Assembly: GCA_012026655.1 (NCBI GenBank)
Contig: JAAILG010000209.1
Coordinates: 62,001-125,751 of the forward strand
Source of the DNA: Hydrolagus affinis
Taxonomy: Eukaryota
DNA length: 63,751 nt
Reading direction: 5' to 3'
The notes beneath the pieces were generated by a model, which worked only from the letters and a program-made list of their open reading frames with translations, ran no database searches and was not told where the DNA came from. Positions 51,839 to 63,751 of this stretch are shown piece after piece (the stretch's first letter is position 1; each line of letters starts with the position of its first letter). The position numbers were made by a program, and so were the translations under genes.

Positions 51839-54800
51839 TAAAAAACTTATTGACAGGATACAGCTCACACTGGAACAGAATTTAAAGAGACTGAGTGTTT
51901 TATCATTATTCCTCTATAGATCTTCTTTTGACTACCCGTGTAAAACAACTGTATTTTTGTATATGTATTGACAAATAAATCAATGAAGTGTACATCTGGT
52001 TACTGAACTGTGCAACAGTCTGGCACCAAGCTAGCTTTCTTCATGTTGTATGCAATACACAAATGTTCAGCTGAAACTATTGCTGGGTCTAATCTATGCC
52101 ACCTCCTACATAAAGACTGATGCTCACATAGGGGTTCACATGGCGTTGGTGAGTATTTACTGATAAAAAAAATAATACCTCAATCACAGAACTAATGTGG
52201 TTATCCATTTACATGCAGAATGACATCAACAGCAAATAGACTTAGATCCAGTCTTAATTTGGAAATCCATTTTGTGCAGTACTTACAAAGAAACCAGCTT
52301 CCAAATTAAGACTGGATGCACGAAAGTTCCACATTTCAGTTTAGTTTTATATTTAAGACAAATTTATTTTACACGTGAAGCCAAAGTTGAATTTGGGATT
52401 TCGAATGAGTTCAGTATGTTTTTCTTACTGTATGTGGAAGATCAGCCAAATATCCCATGACTCGTTTGAACTGAGAAGTCTTCATTCTCAACAAAATCTC
52501 TCCCAGAAACAAACAGCTGTGTCTTACCTCAACCATGTCAGCTTTGTCAAAGAGCTGTCACAAACTAATTCCTGACCACTCTCTCTGAGTTTTATCTTAT
52601 TCCAGTTCAACTCTGAGCCAAGAGACGTATACAGACACATTAACAACATGGAGCAAGTGCAGTTTTTTCAAAGTACTGTACTTATTGTTGTCTGTTCGAA
52701 AGAGGAACATTTACTGAGTACAACAGAGCTCATGTTCACTAGCAGAATTGGTTCATAAGGAAGCCCAATTCAAAGTGTTTGTAAAACAGTATTTGTTTCA
52801 TCAAGATTGGGGATTTAAACACAATCATCAAAGTTGTATACCGGTATCTGCAAAGCTGACTGGAGTCCTGTGTTCTCCTGACTTGGAGGCAGAAAGGCAC
52901 TTCGTGTTTGTGTCCTGAATGATTCCTTTGGTTTATTCAAGAGGCATTTGAACCCATAGTTCAGATCCATGGCATATACAAAACTCAGCCGCATGGTAAT
53001 AATCTGGACTGAATCCATTGGTGGTTATCTACAGGATGAACACAACTGCAGAACGCGCTCACCCACCATACCTTAGGGTAACTTTCCAATCTTCCAAAGA
53101 TCAAACATGATGACTGATCACTACTTTCAAAGATCTATTGACCAAATCAAAAAGAAGTTACCCTTTTTGCAATGCTTTGGCAGAAACAAGTACTCAAGTG
53201 TTCTCTTGCTTTTCTCTGTGGAAAAAAATCATTGGGAATAAAATTTTGATTCTAATCTTTATACAAGCATAAAAAAAACAGCATCTCAGTCAAATAGAAT
53301 ATTTCCTGATGCCACGTCATTCTCAATTCAATTTAAAATGATCTTCCACTCGCCAGCTGCCTTTGCCGGAAAGCAGATTGCACACAACCATATTTTAACC
53401 TTCATTGCATAATAATAATCAACTCCATATGTATAACCCATCAGGCCTGATAGAGAGTTTAAACGATTTATTCTTTCCATCAAATAAAATTCAACCCAAT
53501 CTGGTCATATATATATATGAAATTTTCTTCTTAGTCTCATCATTAAGGTGTCAATTTGTGTTTGGTGGTGATAGTCTTTGGGTTAAAAAGCTGTGGGTTC
53601 AAACTCCCTAATCAAGTTCACAGTCTGTGCTGAAACTCCTAGTGCAGTTCTGAAGGAGTGTTGAATAAACTGATCAGAGGATGAAAGTCGTCAAAATATT
53701 TCCATTTGTAAATACGCAATTATCAATACTGCAAAACAAAAACCCACTTCAATATCGCCTGTCCTCAGCAACAGCCCCAAAGGTAGAAAATGCTGTGACA
53801 GTCACAACAAAGAGATGTTCTGTGCAAGAAGAACTATATGGTGGATTAGTAAAAGATTCAAGCCATGCATGTAACAACAACACAAATGCTGAGCCCTGTA
53901 ATAGTACTGCATATCAAGAAAGAAACACTGAATCAACCATACCATCAATCACAGCTAGAAACAAAAATCAGGTACCAACTAATACTTCACTAGTAACAGT
54001 AACATGTAGATACATTCTGAAATAAACAGAAGCAAAATTCACATCTAGTAGAAGTGGAATTCATCCACGGCCTTCCTGCCTGTCTGCTTCAGTGATCTGA
54101 TAGGTGAGAACAGCTGGTGCATCTAAAACTTCACGTCCTAAATTTATTTTTGAAGGCAACACCCATGCGCTGGTACTTTTGAAGGTGGAAGGGATTTTTG
54201 CGTCTCTTGTACTCTTCTGGTTGTGCTTACCACTCCAGTAAACACTGGTTGCAGTCAATGCAACCAGTCAATGGTGTCAGAAAATTCATGTGGTGGTGTG
54301 ACTAGCTGAATGCTATGTTGCTAGGTGATAGGCATTGCAGATCAAACCGTACTCAGCTGCGACAATACATAGTGTAGCAATATACAGATTAGACTGGCAT
54401 TTACTCCTTCTGCTTCACCTGTTGGATTGCTTTTTATATCAATTGCTCCGTGTTTAAGGCCAGTTAACCATTCAATTTACACTGGTGTTAGGGTAGGTAA
54501 TGCGAAACAATTTTGCAATGAGAATCAGTTAAAAAAACAATGGAAACACTGCTTTTAACACATCAGCACAAATAGAAGAGCAACAATGATTTAATACTTT
54601 AAATATTTCATTAGAATTCTATATATTATATTCTATTCAACCAGGATTTTGTTATTTCTCCCTATGTGCATTAATAACCACTAATGACTATGCGTATTGT
54701 ACATTAAAAATATTTCCAAGAAGTGCTATAATATAACCCACCACTACTGTATAATCACTGTAGCAGTGGCAAGTACTGTACTCATCTTACGTTTCCGATC

Positions 54801-54904
54801 ACTGAGCCAGACCGGAACCTTGGTGTCCTGTTTGACTCTCAACTGGCTTTTCTACCCCACATCTGTGCCATGACCCGCTTTGCCTCCCCCTGCCTCCGCA
54901 ACAT

Positions 54905-55240
54905 AATAATAATAATAATAATCCTTGCATTTGATATAGCGCTTTTCAAATCTTATCGACGTCCCAAAGCGCTTCACAGAATATACTGTAAAGTGAATTG
55001 ACTGTATATATTTGTGGGCAAATCGCGCAGCCGATTGCGCACAGCGGCGTCCCACAAACAGTCGTGAATTGAAATAACCAATTTTATTATTGTGTTTTTT
55101 TGGAGGGATTATTATTAGGGATGTAGAGTAAGGAAACTTGCCCAAGGTTTCGCCCTGACCTGCCTGGATTCGAACACAGGTCTCCCAGCTTGGTCTCCCC
55201 CAGCTTGCAAGGCAAGTGCTCTAACCACTGAGCCACAGGA
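54905..55240 (-). mobile_element. Young SINE (duplicated-head subfamily) nested in L2
   Basis: Full head-to-(ATT)n structure, flanked by AACAT at 54900-54904 and 55240-55244. Confidence 0.92.
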
Positions 55241-55477
55241 ACATCACCTGGCTTCACCACCGCCTCAACCCTCAGGCAGTACTCGAAACCCTCACCACGC
55301 ATTCATCACATCCAGGCTCGACTACACCAACTCTTGTCGGCATTCCCAATGCTTCCCTCCACTAGCTGCAGATCATCCAGAACTCTGCAGCTCATGTCCT
55401 CCCCTGGACTAAGCTTTGTGACACCATCTCCCCCACTCTCCCTAACCCGGCTTAATCTGTCGCCCCAACCTCTAGAG

Positions 55478-55783
55478 CAGTGGTTCCCAACCCAAATCAG
55501 GGTGGTGGGGGTCCTCAGTCGGGTCGCTAAGGGTCATCAGAATTTTTTTTAAATGTTGAAAATGCTTTTTTAAAGCTAAAAAAAGCTTTTAACACTAAAA
55601 AAAAATGCGACACCACCAACCAATTTGTTTAAAGAGCGGACTTACAAGTTGCGCTGAGTCCACAAAACATACGGAGATAAAGTTTTGGCTGAGCCGAGCA
55701 TCAATCGCGATATTACCCTCTAGTGGTGGAGGACCTGCTGGAGGCTAATTTGGGTCGTAGCCAAAAAAGTTTGGGAATCACTG
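55478..55783. mobile_element. hAT (Charlie-group) MITE, 306 bp
   Basis: TIRs CAGTGGTTCCCAAC versus right-end reverse complement CAGTGATTCCCAAAC. The 8-bp TSD CTCTAGAG (55470-55477) / CTCTATAG (55784-55791) fits the NTCTAGAN preference of Charlie elements. Subterminal GGGTCG motifs are present. Confidence 0.9.
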
Positions 55784-56468
55784 CTCTATAGGATAGAGTT
55801 CAAAATCCTTATCCTCATTTTCAAGACCCTCCACAGCCTTGTCCCTCCCTACCTCTGCTGGCCCCATATCAACCTGTCTGCTCCCTCCACTCTGGCCTGC
55901 CCTACGTCCCCTGCCTGGCCTGCTCCACCATCCGGCTCGACCAGGCTTGCCACCCTCATTCTATGGAACTCCATCCCACATTCCCTTGCCTCCTCCAAGA
56001 CATGCCTCAATACTTTCTTCTTCAACTAAGCCTTCGGGCTCTCTCTTACCCTCCCTGACCTCCATCCTCCCCAATCCCAAACCTCAGCTCGGACCCAAAT
56101 ACCTGCTTGTCCAGCGCCTTGGAATGTCCTTCTGAAGTGAACGACCCCATACAAATGCTATTTGTATCGTATTGTAAAAGTGCAATTGAGACACCACAGA
56201 TGCAAGAGGAGAGTTTTAAATCTTGGTACCCAGTACACTTCTTTTTCTATTGTGATAAAAGGCACTGTTCGCTCCTTTAATTTACATGCATTATAGTGCT
56301 TTATCACAGCATCAAGACTTCTCAAAGCACTTCTTCACAGGAATATTCTGTAAAGTGGATTCATTGTGAATTTTGTGGACAGAAACGAAGCTGCCAGTTT
56401 GCACACCGCAATGTCCCACAAACATAAGTAAGGAAAGGAGCACAAGGTAAAACCTGTAGCCTGTAACA

Positions 56469-56794
56469 TGGAATCCTGCAGCTCAGTGGCTAGAGCACTC
56501 GCCATACAAGCGTGAGACCCGTCTTTTGAATCCAGGCAGGTCGGGGCGAAACCTTGGGCAAGTTTCCTTACTCCACACGACTAATAATAATCTGTCCAAA
56601 AGAAAATCTATAATAAATTGGTCATTTCAATCCACGACTGTGGGACACTGCTGTGTGCAATTGGCTGCTGCATTTTGTCCATAAATATATAGTCAATTCA
56701 CTTTACAGTATATTCTGTGAAGCACTTTGAGACGTCTAGAAGACTGAAAAGCACTATATCAAATGCAAGAAGTATTATTATTATTATTATTATT
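56469..56794 (+). mobile_element. Young SINE nested in an older antisense DeuSINE (56278-56425 and 56795-56912)
   Basis: Full-length SINE. The host Deu sequence CCCACAAACAT resumes after the tail as AAACATCCATG..GACCAA..GCCAGG..GAATAGTGCCACGGGATCTTT. Confidence 0.88.
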
Positions 56795-56929
56795 AAACAT
56801 CCATGGAGTAAGTGACCAATTTTATTTGAGGGACTTGTTAGCCAGGTCATGGGAGATACTCCCTTCTCTTTTCGAATAGTGCCACGGGATCTTTATTGTC
56901 CACGTGAACAAGCGTTCGGGTAGTAGAGA

Positions 56930-57130
56930 TGCTAAGAGTCTGATAATTGGGCCCTTAGGTACCACAACCTTTACTTTCATGACATTAAACCTATCTATAT
57001 ACATACAGTACCTTTATATTCCTCATTAAGTTCCAATGACCTTCTCTCCATAATGTATTTTGACCTCATTCTTAATAGCACTGCCACATCCATACCTTTT
57101 CCTTTCATTATTATAGTCCTTTCTATATAT
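56930..57130 (-). mobile_element. CR1 endonuclease-region fragment, very degraded
   Basis: The minus strand reads ..RTIIMKGKGMDVAVLLR.., resembling the CR1 APE motif RKDR..RKGGGVALLI. Confidence 0.45.
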
Positions 57131-58752
57131 CTTTTTATTTTCTAGGGTTAAGGGACAAACTTGTTAATGGTAACCTTCCTGCGCCTCTCATTATTTACGA
57201 ATCTCTCAAATGATTCCCCTATAAAAATGATTTTTCTAAGTACAGTACTGTGCATTTGCATCTTTTAAGTCCTGTAAGATTTCACCATCATTGGCCACTT
57301 CACTTGTTTCATTCTATATTTCCTTTCACATTTGGGCATCAATCATTATTTACTCGGGAAAAACTGCCTTTATTTGATGAACTGATTTCAAAATGCTTTA
57401 AGGATTATCTCGTGTTCATGCAGATTTTGTGTCATGTTTTTACCTCAGCATTTAAATCAGACGCAAGTTACATATGGTGCCTCACCTTTAGAATATTCCA
57501 TCTTTCCAAACTTCCCCCTAGCTCATTTGGATCTATTATGAATACTGCCCACAATTGCCTGTCTTTTGTGTTTTCTTTGGGGAGAAAAGAAAACACTTTA
57601 ATCCACAAGTTATTGAGTGCCCTTTCACATTGCAGAATATCTCAAAGCACTTTCCAAACTTTGAGTGGGCGCCCAAGCTGAGTAGAGAGAAGTAGGGAGC
57701 AGGGAGGATTGAAGAGAAAAACTTCTAGTTGGGCTTTGAAATCAGGAAGATTTTGCAACCTAGTTACTGAGTGTGAGCCAGGCATTATTGGTAAAGACCT
57801 GGTGGAAGACTGAAGTGAATAGTGCTTAATTTAGCTTCTATTACCATGTTTATTTTTGGGGGGGGATAGGTGATCTAATATCCTAGATAAACTTATCTCC
57901 ACAATAAAATATTCCTTCCAACCAATGCCACTGAGCTTTTCAAATTAATTATCTCAGAACCCACTCACCCCCAAAGAGTATTTAGACATAAAGTCCCAAA
58001 ATGTTTTCATGCAAACTTGTGGTTCCTTTCTCTATTGATCTGAATAAATGGAAAGTACAGATTACATTTAGAAATCCTTCATAATACTCCATAAGTTCTA
58101 AGTCAGTGTGTGTGTGTGGTTGCCTAGTTACTGAACACTCTAGCCTTTTAACAAAGGGTAACTCATTATTGATGATGATAAAGTAAATTTCACTTATCTG
58201 TCAATGCTGTCTTGCTCCACTATTTACTCACATTCGGTCAATTCTATGGTGTTCTGAATTATAATGCAAGGAATAAATGATATGATTATTGCTGGAAATA
58301 ACTCCATCTTGGTTTAAATGTGGAAATGTTTGTTCTCTCATTCACATCCAGAATTCACACTGCTCAACCCAGAGATTATGAAACCTGTCATTTTGATTTA
58401 AAGTATTCTTTAATTTAGAACGTACATTTTTTATGGGATATCCCTAATCCAAATAAGAAAATTAATACAGAGTTAATCTTATTCAACAACCAGGTGAAGC
58501 ATTGCATTACTCCAGTGCGGGAGCTAAGGTTACTGAATTACCAGTGAATGGATTGCTATACTGACATTTCCAATTTCATTCATCTTTAGCATTACCATTT
58601 ACTGTGTTAGCCTGGCTCTCCTCTGGAGTCAGAAGATTGTGGGTTCAAACACCATGTAGGGACTTGGATCTTATATCATAGAATATTACAGCACAGAATA
58701 AGGCCATTCGGCCCATCATTTCTGTGATAGTCCAAGATGAGACTGCAATGAG

Positions 58753-59076
58753 TGGAGCTCCTGTGGCTTAGTGGTTAGAGCACTTGTCTTGCAAGATGGG
58801 GAGACCAAGCTGGGGAGACCTGTGTTCGAATCCAGGCAGGTCAGGGCGAAACCTTGGGCATGTTTCCTTACTCCACACAACTAATCCCTCCAAAAAAATC
58901 ACAATAATAAAATTGGTCATTTCAATCCACGACTATTTGTGGGACACTGCTGTGCGCAATTGGCTGCCGCGATTCACCCACAACTTTACAGGCAATTCAC
59001 TTTACAGTATATTCTGTGAAGCGCTTTGGGACGTCGATAAGATGTGAAAGGTGCTATATCAAATGCAAGGATTATT
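58753..59076 (+). mobile_element. Young SINE (duplicated-head subfamily) nested in an old DeuSINE (~58600-59345)
   Basis: TSD AATGAG at 58747-58752 and 59077-59082. The host head GAGTCAGAAGATTGTGGGTTCAA lies to the left and the host body GTCTTTCAGACGAGACATTAAACC..AAAGATCCCG to the right. Confidence 0.9.
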
Positions 59077-60199
59077 AATGAGGTGCTAGGGATATCCTAC
59101 AATATTAGAGGTGATGTCTTTCAGACGAGACATTAAACCAAGGTGTTATCTACCCGTTCAGGTGGACACTAAAGATCCCGTAGTATTATTTGAAATGAAA
59201 AGGAAGTTTCTCCCGATCTCCTGGCCAACAATTCCCCCAAATAAAATGCGTCATCATCAAAAACAACTTGGACTTATTCAGCATCCTTCACGTGGAGGTC
59301 TTGTCATTCACTTCATGGCTGTTTGTGGCATTTTGCAGTGCATATATTTTGCTGTCACGTGCAACTACACATACATAATTACTGCTTCTCTTTTTGCATA
59401 GTGCCATGGCTTTTTAATGTCCACCTGAACAGGCAGACTGGAACCTTAATTCGGTGTCTCAATATCTGTGTACAATCAATTTCCCTCCCCCAAAAGTGCT
59501 TTCTATATTAGTACAATCAACAGTGGTTTGGATTAAAGAAAATGTAGGTACAGTGGAAGGCTATACCTATTATGACATTCAGAGATTATGCGCATGGATT
59601 ATTTGCCAATATTAAAACATCCTCCAAACTAATGAAAGCAAAAGAGATTGCTGTTGCGTTTTCAGTTTGAATGATTTGGCCTTTCATCATTATTGACGAT
59701 GTAATAAAATAGTAATAATCCTTGCATTTGATATAGCTCCTTGTCAAGATTTACCATGAGGTGTACTGACTTTTTTTGTGGGTGAAAGCGGTAGCCAATT
59801 TGCACACAGCAGCATCCCACAAACAGACACAAACAGGTGTCAGCCTGATTCAGTTGGTCGCACTCTTGTCTCTGAGTCATAATGAGGGGGATTAAAGGGC
59901 ACCTGAGACTCATGTAGAGCCTGACTGTGGATGAAGTCGTAATTATTCCCACCCACTCAAATTAATGAAATTACCCTTAACAGATTCTATCCAGCTGCGA
60001 AGGTCTGATAAGACTGCACTTTAAGAAACACGCTCAAGCTGATTTCAAAATAAAAATCATCCGATCTATTTTGTATCTTCCATAGGATCCTGCATAGGAT
60101 ATAATACCCCAAAGCCTAATTCCTTCTAATTCCTCCTCCTCCCCACCCACACACACACACACATACAAAGTCCATATATTGTGGACAAAAGTCAGATGA

Positions 60200-60385
60200 T
60201 AATGATGATAATCAACAATGAGCATTTTTATAGCGGAGCCTGACGCTGAGCCAGGGAAAGGGAGAAGGTGAACGTAAGCCCAATCGAGAAGGCGGGGGCT
60301 TAAGGCGTGATCTGGTAAAGAGGAAGGAGGGGGCAGGTGGAGGGATCGGGGGAGAGAGTTCCAAAGTTTTGTGGCAAAGTGGCTA
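60200..60385 (-). mobile_element. Old L2 3' fragment
   Basis: GCATTTTTATAGCG..TGACGCTGAGCCAGGG..GAGAAGGCGGGGCTTAAGG..GGGAGAGAGTTCCAAAG. Confidence 0.6.
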
Positions 60386-62212
60386 TAATCCTATCTTAAT
60401 TTGAAAACCTTCATATTCCCTCCATGATCAGACGGATCCACAGTGGTACAAGGTACAGCCAAAATAACAATTCATCCATTTCCCTAGAACTGTTGAAAGG
60501 ATCGCTGGTTAGTCACGTGAATATTGGGCAAAGTTAACTGGCCAAACATTCCGGTACCATCATAAACTAGATCATTTGCATTTTCAGGCCTCTTTTGTCA
60601 AATTTCACAATAGTGTGAGAAAACACATCTTTGCTTTTCTATGCGTTGAATTTCTAATACAGTTCAAATCTGGAGCACCTCAAATGAGATACATCAAATG
60701 AGATACATCCATACATCTATGAGTGATATAATCTTACATTGGCACCCGTTAGCTGGTAATAATCCTCCCTTGGATACATGGTGAAGGGATCTCAAATTGC
60801 AATATCACTCCCTCGCAATAATATGCAGCACATAACAAGCATTCTTTTTGTACATGGAAACACTTGGCTATCTATATCTGACACAGCCCTGTGTCACAAG
60901 ACAAATTGCCAGCTTTCTCGCTGCCTTATTGCAGTGTGAAAGTTAAACAGGTCTTCAAATAAAAACAAACAATTTAATAGTTGAATCGAAAATATAGCAG
61001 ATAATTTTACAACTCTGCTTTATTGATTTTAAATGACTTGATGTATAATTATTGGAGGATAATTTACTCAGGATCCTCCGTGGGATCAGTCTCACTGGCA
61101 CGATAGACTATCCTAACGATCCTGTCAAATTAGCCCTTGGAGGACGCCACACAGCTCTGACTAGCAACAGTCCTGAGCTGTGTAGTGAAGGGTGACTGGT
61201 TGTGAATCACTGCAGGCAGTTGATTCATAGTAAAACCAATCCTCCTGTCTTCCAGTTTCCCGATATCACTGATGCAAAGGATGGAGGATGTGGTACTGGT
61301 TCAATTCCAGCTGGCCATCAACTTACCACCTCACCGATTAATCAAGCTCAGACTTCAAAGAAACTCCATTCGGTTACTTTTGCAGTCAAATATATAGAGA
61401 GTATATTTGCAGATAGTAGCACTGCGGTTATCATTAGGATGCACATAGAAGCAAGCAACAATGTTAAAGTCTGTCTCATAATCAGTCATTGCACTTCAAA
61501 GCAACTTATGTGTGAGACATTTCAAGACGATAAGGGGCTATGTCAAATATAAGCAGTATTGTGAGTATTAATGAGAAGCTAATTGACTGTGGCTGTCTTA
61601 TCTATCAAACTAATTTTCCAGCTGTTATACTTCACCTTGTATGATCCCCATTCAGTCCTTAACGTCTTCCTGTAGCTCTTATGTGGCCTTTGCGTTTCTT
61701 TTCTTTTTTTAACTGGCACAGATACATGTGCCAGGATTGTAATATAGTTATCCTCTGGTTTCTCAGATTCTTATGATGCTGACCGTCTGCTGGCTAAATC
61801 AAAAGATTGTACCTCCCGACTTAATTATCCCACCGCCCATCCCAACCATATTCATATCTGTGTGCTCTTTGCTAAGTACTAACTACTGCACTACTCTTGT
61901 GGTATGTTCTGCAACAACAAAAAAGAACTTTTAAGTAACATTAATATTAAGATGAATAACATTAAATTTTATAAATGTGTAAAACTTACCAGGCATAAGG
62001 TAACAGCATCATCATTGAGTATAAACCTTTTAACTGCCTATGCTAGCTCCCTCCTCTTCCCTTCATAAACTGCAGATTATTCAAAATTCTGCAGCTCGTG
62101 TCCTCTCCCACATTAAGCACCACGAGGACGTTCAGAACACCTGAAACGCGTTGTACAGATGCAATTTGCTATTGCTGTTTAAAAGTAACTTTCTGATCAG
62201 AATTTTAATTTA

Positions 62213-62691
62213 CAGCAAAAGCCTGTTTATCCGGCACCCGCAGGGCCTGGCGAATGCCGGTTAAACGGTTGGATCCGACGCCGAAAACCCAACACAAAAA
62301 AGATTCGCTTATTTTAACACATATCATATTAATAATAGACTAAATAATAACAGATAATAACAGACTTTTGTTACTCACCTAAAAATCACTTTTGCTGGTA
62401 GATACCTGGTTTAAAAGCCATGATGCTGGGGTAGAGGTGTACAGTCTATTGATAACTTCTGCAATGGCGGATGCCAAACAAGGGAAAAAAATGGCAGCGC
62501 GACTTTAAGGCTCTACTAGCGGCAAGCCGAAATACCTGTACAGTACTCTCGTGCGACAATCGATTCATTAAATGCATCACCGCGATTGTGCCAGATAACA
62601 TCCGGTTAATCGGATGGGGCCTTTTTTTTTTGACGTATCAGTTATACGGAAGTTCCAGTTGGTCGAGTCACGGATAAACGGGCTTTTACTG
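62213..62691. mobile_element. Second copy of the pogo/Tigger-type MITE family, 479 bp
   Basis: TA flanks at 62211-12 and 62692-93. Ends CAGCAAAAGCCTGTTTATCCGGCAC / GTCACGGATAAACGGGCTTTTACTG match those of 27568-28232. Confidence 0.88.
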
Positions 62692-62693
62692 TA

Positions 62694-62875
62694 TAATAAA
62701 ATTGGTCATTTCAATCCACGACTGTTTGTGGAACACTGCTGTGCGTATAATTGGCTGCCGCATTTCGCTCACAAACATATAGTCAATTCACTTTACAGTA
62801 TCTTCTGTGAAGCGCTTTGAGACATCTAGAAGGTGTGAAAAGCGCTATATCAAAATGCACAGATTATTATTATTA
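62694..62875 (+). mobile_element. 5'-truncated young SINE abutting the MITE
   Basis: AATTGGTCATTTCAATCCACGACTG..GTGAAAAGCGCTATATCAAAATGCACAGATTATTATT. Confidence 0.88.
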
Positions 62876-63751
62876 GTAGTAAACAGTCATTACAGATCTT
62901 TAAATTGTCCGTAGGATTTTTCAATTCAATTTAAGAAATGATGGCAGTTTATTTTAAATGGAACATAGAAGAGTTAAAAGATAAGTAGCTAGAGATTTTA
63001 ATCTGACTGCCAATTCCCCGCTGAATCTCCTGTTAACCTGTGCATTGCAAGGAAACGTCATATAAATTGGAAGGTTGTGTGTTTGTTGTTTGCTTCTTGC
63101 TACAATGTTGAGAAAATACAATTTTTGTCCCGGCCCAAGGATAGGTGAACTGTTGCAGAGACTGTACGATATGATCTTCTGTTGGTTACCTTGACATCTT
63201 CTGTTTGTCACCTATTTACCAGTACAGTATTATTATTATTCAGTTCCGCTCAAGAAAATGTTAATTGTTTATTCTTTCATTGCACAGAAATGAAGCGAAA
63301 CCTCGCCTCAGAAATAAGCATTGCAAACAGCATTTAAGCAAACAGGAAGCAAAGGTTAAATAGAAGAGGACTGGTAATTACTAAATAATCCCTTGTAAAA
63401 TTTAGACAAGCCACTTTGGTATTCCCTAAGGTGTACTTAGTTAAAAGGATTAGATAATTCCTCATGACTGCTGTTAAACAATCAATAAAGTCTAAAGGAT
63501 TAAAGGTAGTTTTCTATGAAGTTAAGGAACCATTACAAATTAGAGATTTTAAAATTGTTCAAATACACTGCTTCCCTTCACAAAATCCAAATATAAAACC
63601 TTTCGGCTAAATTTTCCACAGTAAACTGGATGTGCTGTGGAGTGGATCGATACAAGTAGCACTTGAATTCAAACACATGGGCAGTTTCAAGGCTCAGTTG
63701 CATCAAGAAAACATAGCAAGCAGGACGTGCATTTTTTTTCCCCACATTAAG

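Larger units (their letters stand above)
54803..56175 (+). mobile_element. Degraded L2 3' fragment split by a SINE and a hAT MITE
   Basis: Three collinear L2 pieces: 54803-54904 (GGAACCTTGGTGTCCTGTTTGAC..CTCCGCAACAT), 55240-55477 (CATCCAGGCTCGACTAC..ATCCAGAACTCTGCAGCTC) and 55784-56175 (TTCAAAATCCTTATCCTC..CCAGCGCCTTGG..ATACAAATG). Confidence 0.85.

Noticed and set aside
53681-54025. 114-aa ATG ORF, A/C-rich
   Set aside because: No recognisable homology or splice signals; more likely a chance ORF or decayed LINE.
60681-60708. Short tandem duplications (14 bp here; also ~24650, 46590, 46940, 47200)
   Set aside because: Ordinary slippage duplications with no further structure.
61985-61992. 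Perfect minus-strand donor CTG|GTAAGT
   Set aside because: No suitable acceptor or promoter upstream; the adjacent sequence is L2/MITE.

Overview
Vertebrate genomic DNA. The repeat content (a tRNA-headed Deu-domain SINE with (ATT)n tails, older SacSINE1/AmnSINE1-like SINEs, L2 and HER1-like CR1 LINEs) points to a cartilaginous fish, probably a chimaera such as Callorhinchus; this is inference, not a database result. The only host coding sequence I can support is the first coding exon of a ZNF804 gene, most like ZNF804A (minus strand, 13008-13118, [37 protein letters not shown], phase-0 GT donor). Positions 1-13007 are therefore part of intron 1, and the ~50 kb to the right is upstream gene desert. 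The rest is decayed transposable elements: about 10 near-full-length young SINEs plus many tails, L2 and CR1 fragments, two Tc1/mariner(pogo/Tigger)-type MITEs, two hAT-type MITEs and several palindromic relics. I found no CRISPR array, true tRNA/rRNA gene or intact transposon ORF, and I cannot support a claim of a new biological system. The best leads are an overlapping uORF and a G-run-assisted weak donor at exon 1, a loopless ~117-bp hairpin at 49.8 kb, a two-template repair scar at 41.1 kb, a MITE family with an invertible palindromic core, and two candidate upstream exons. Repeat family names come from recalled consensus features and need RepeatMasker/Dfam confirmation.
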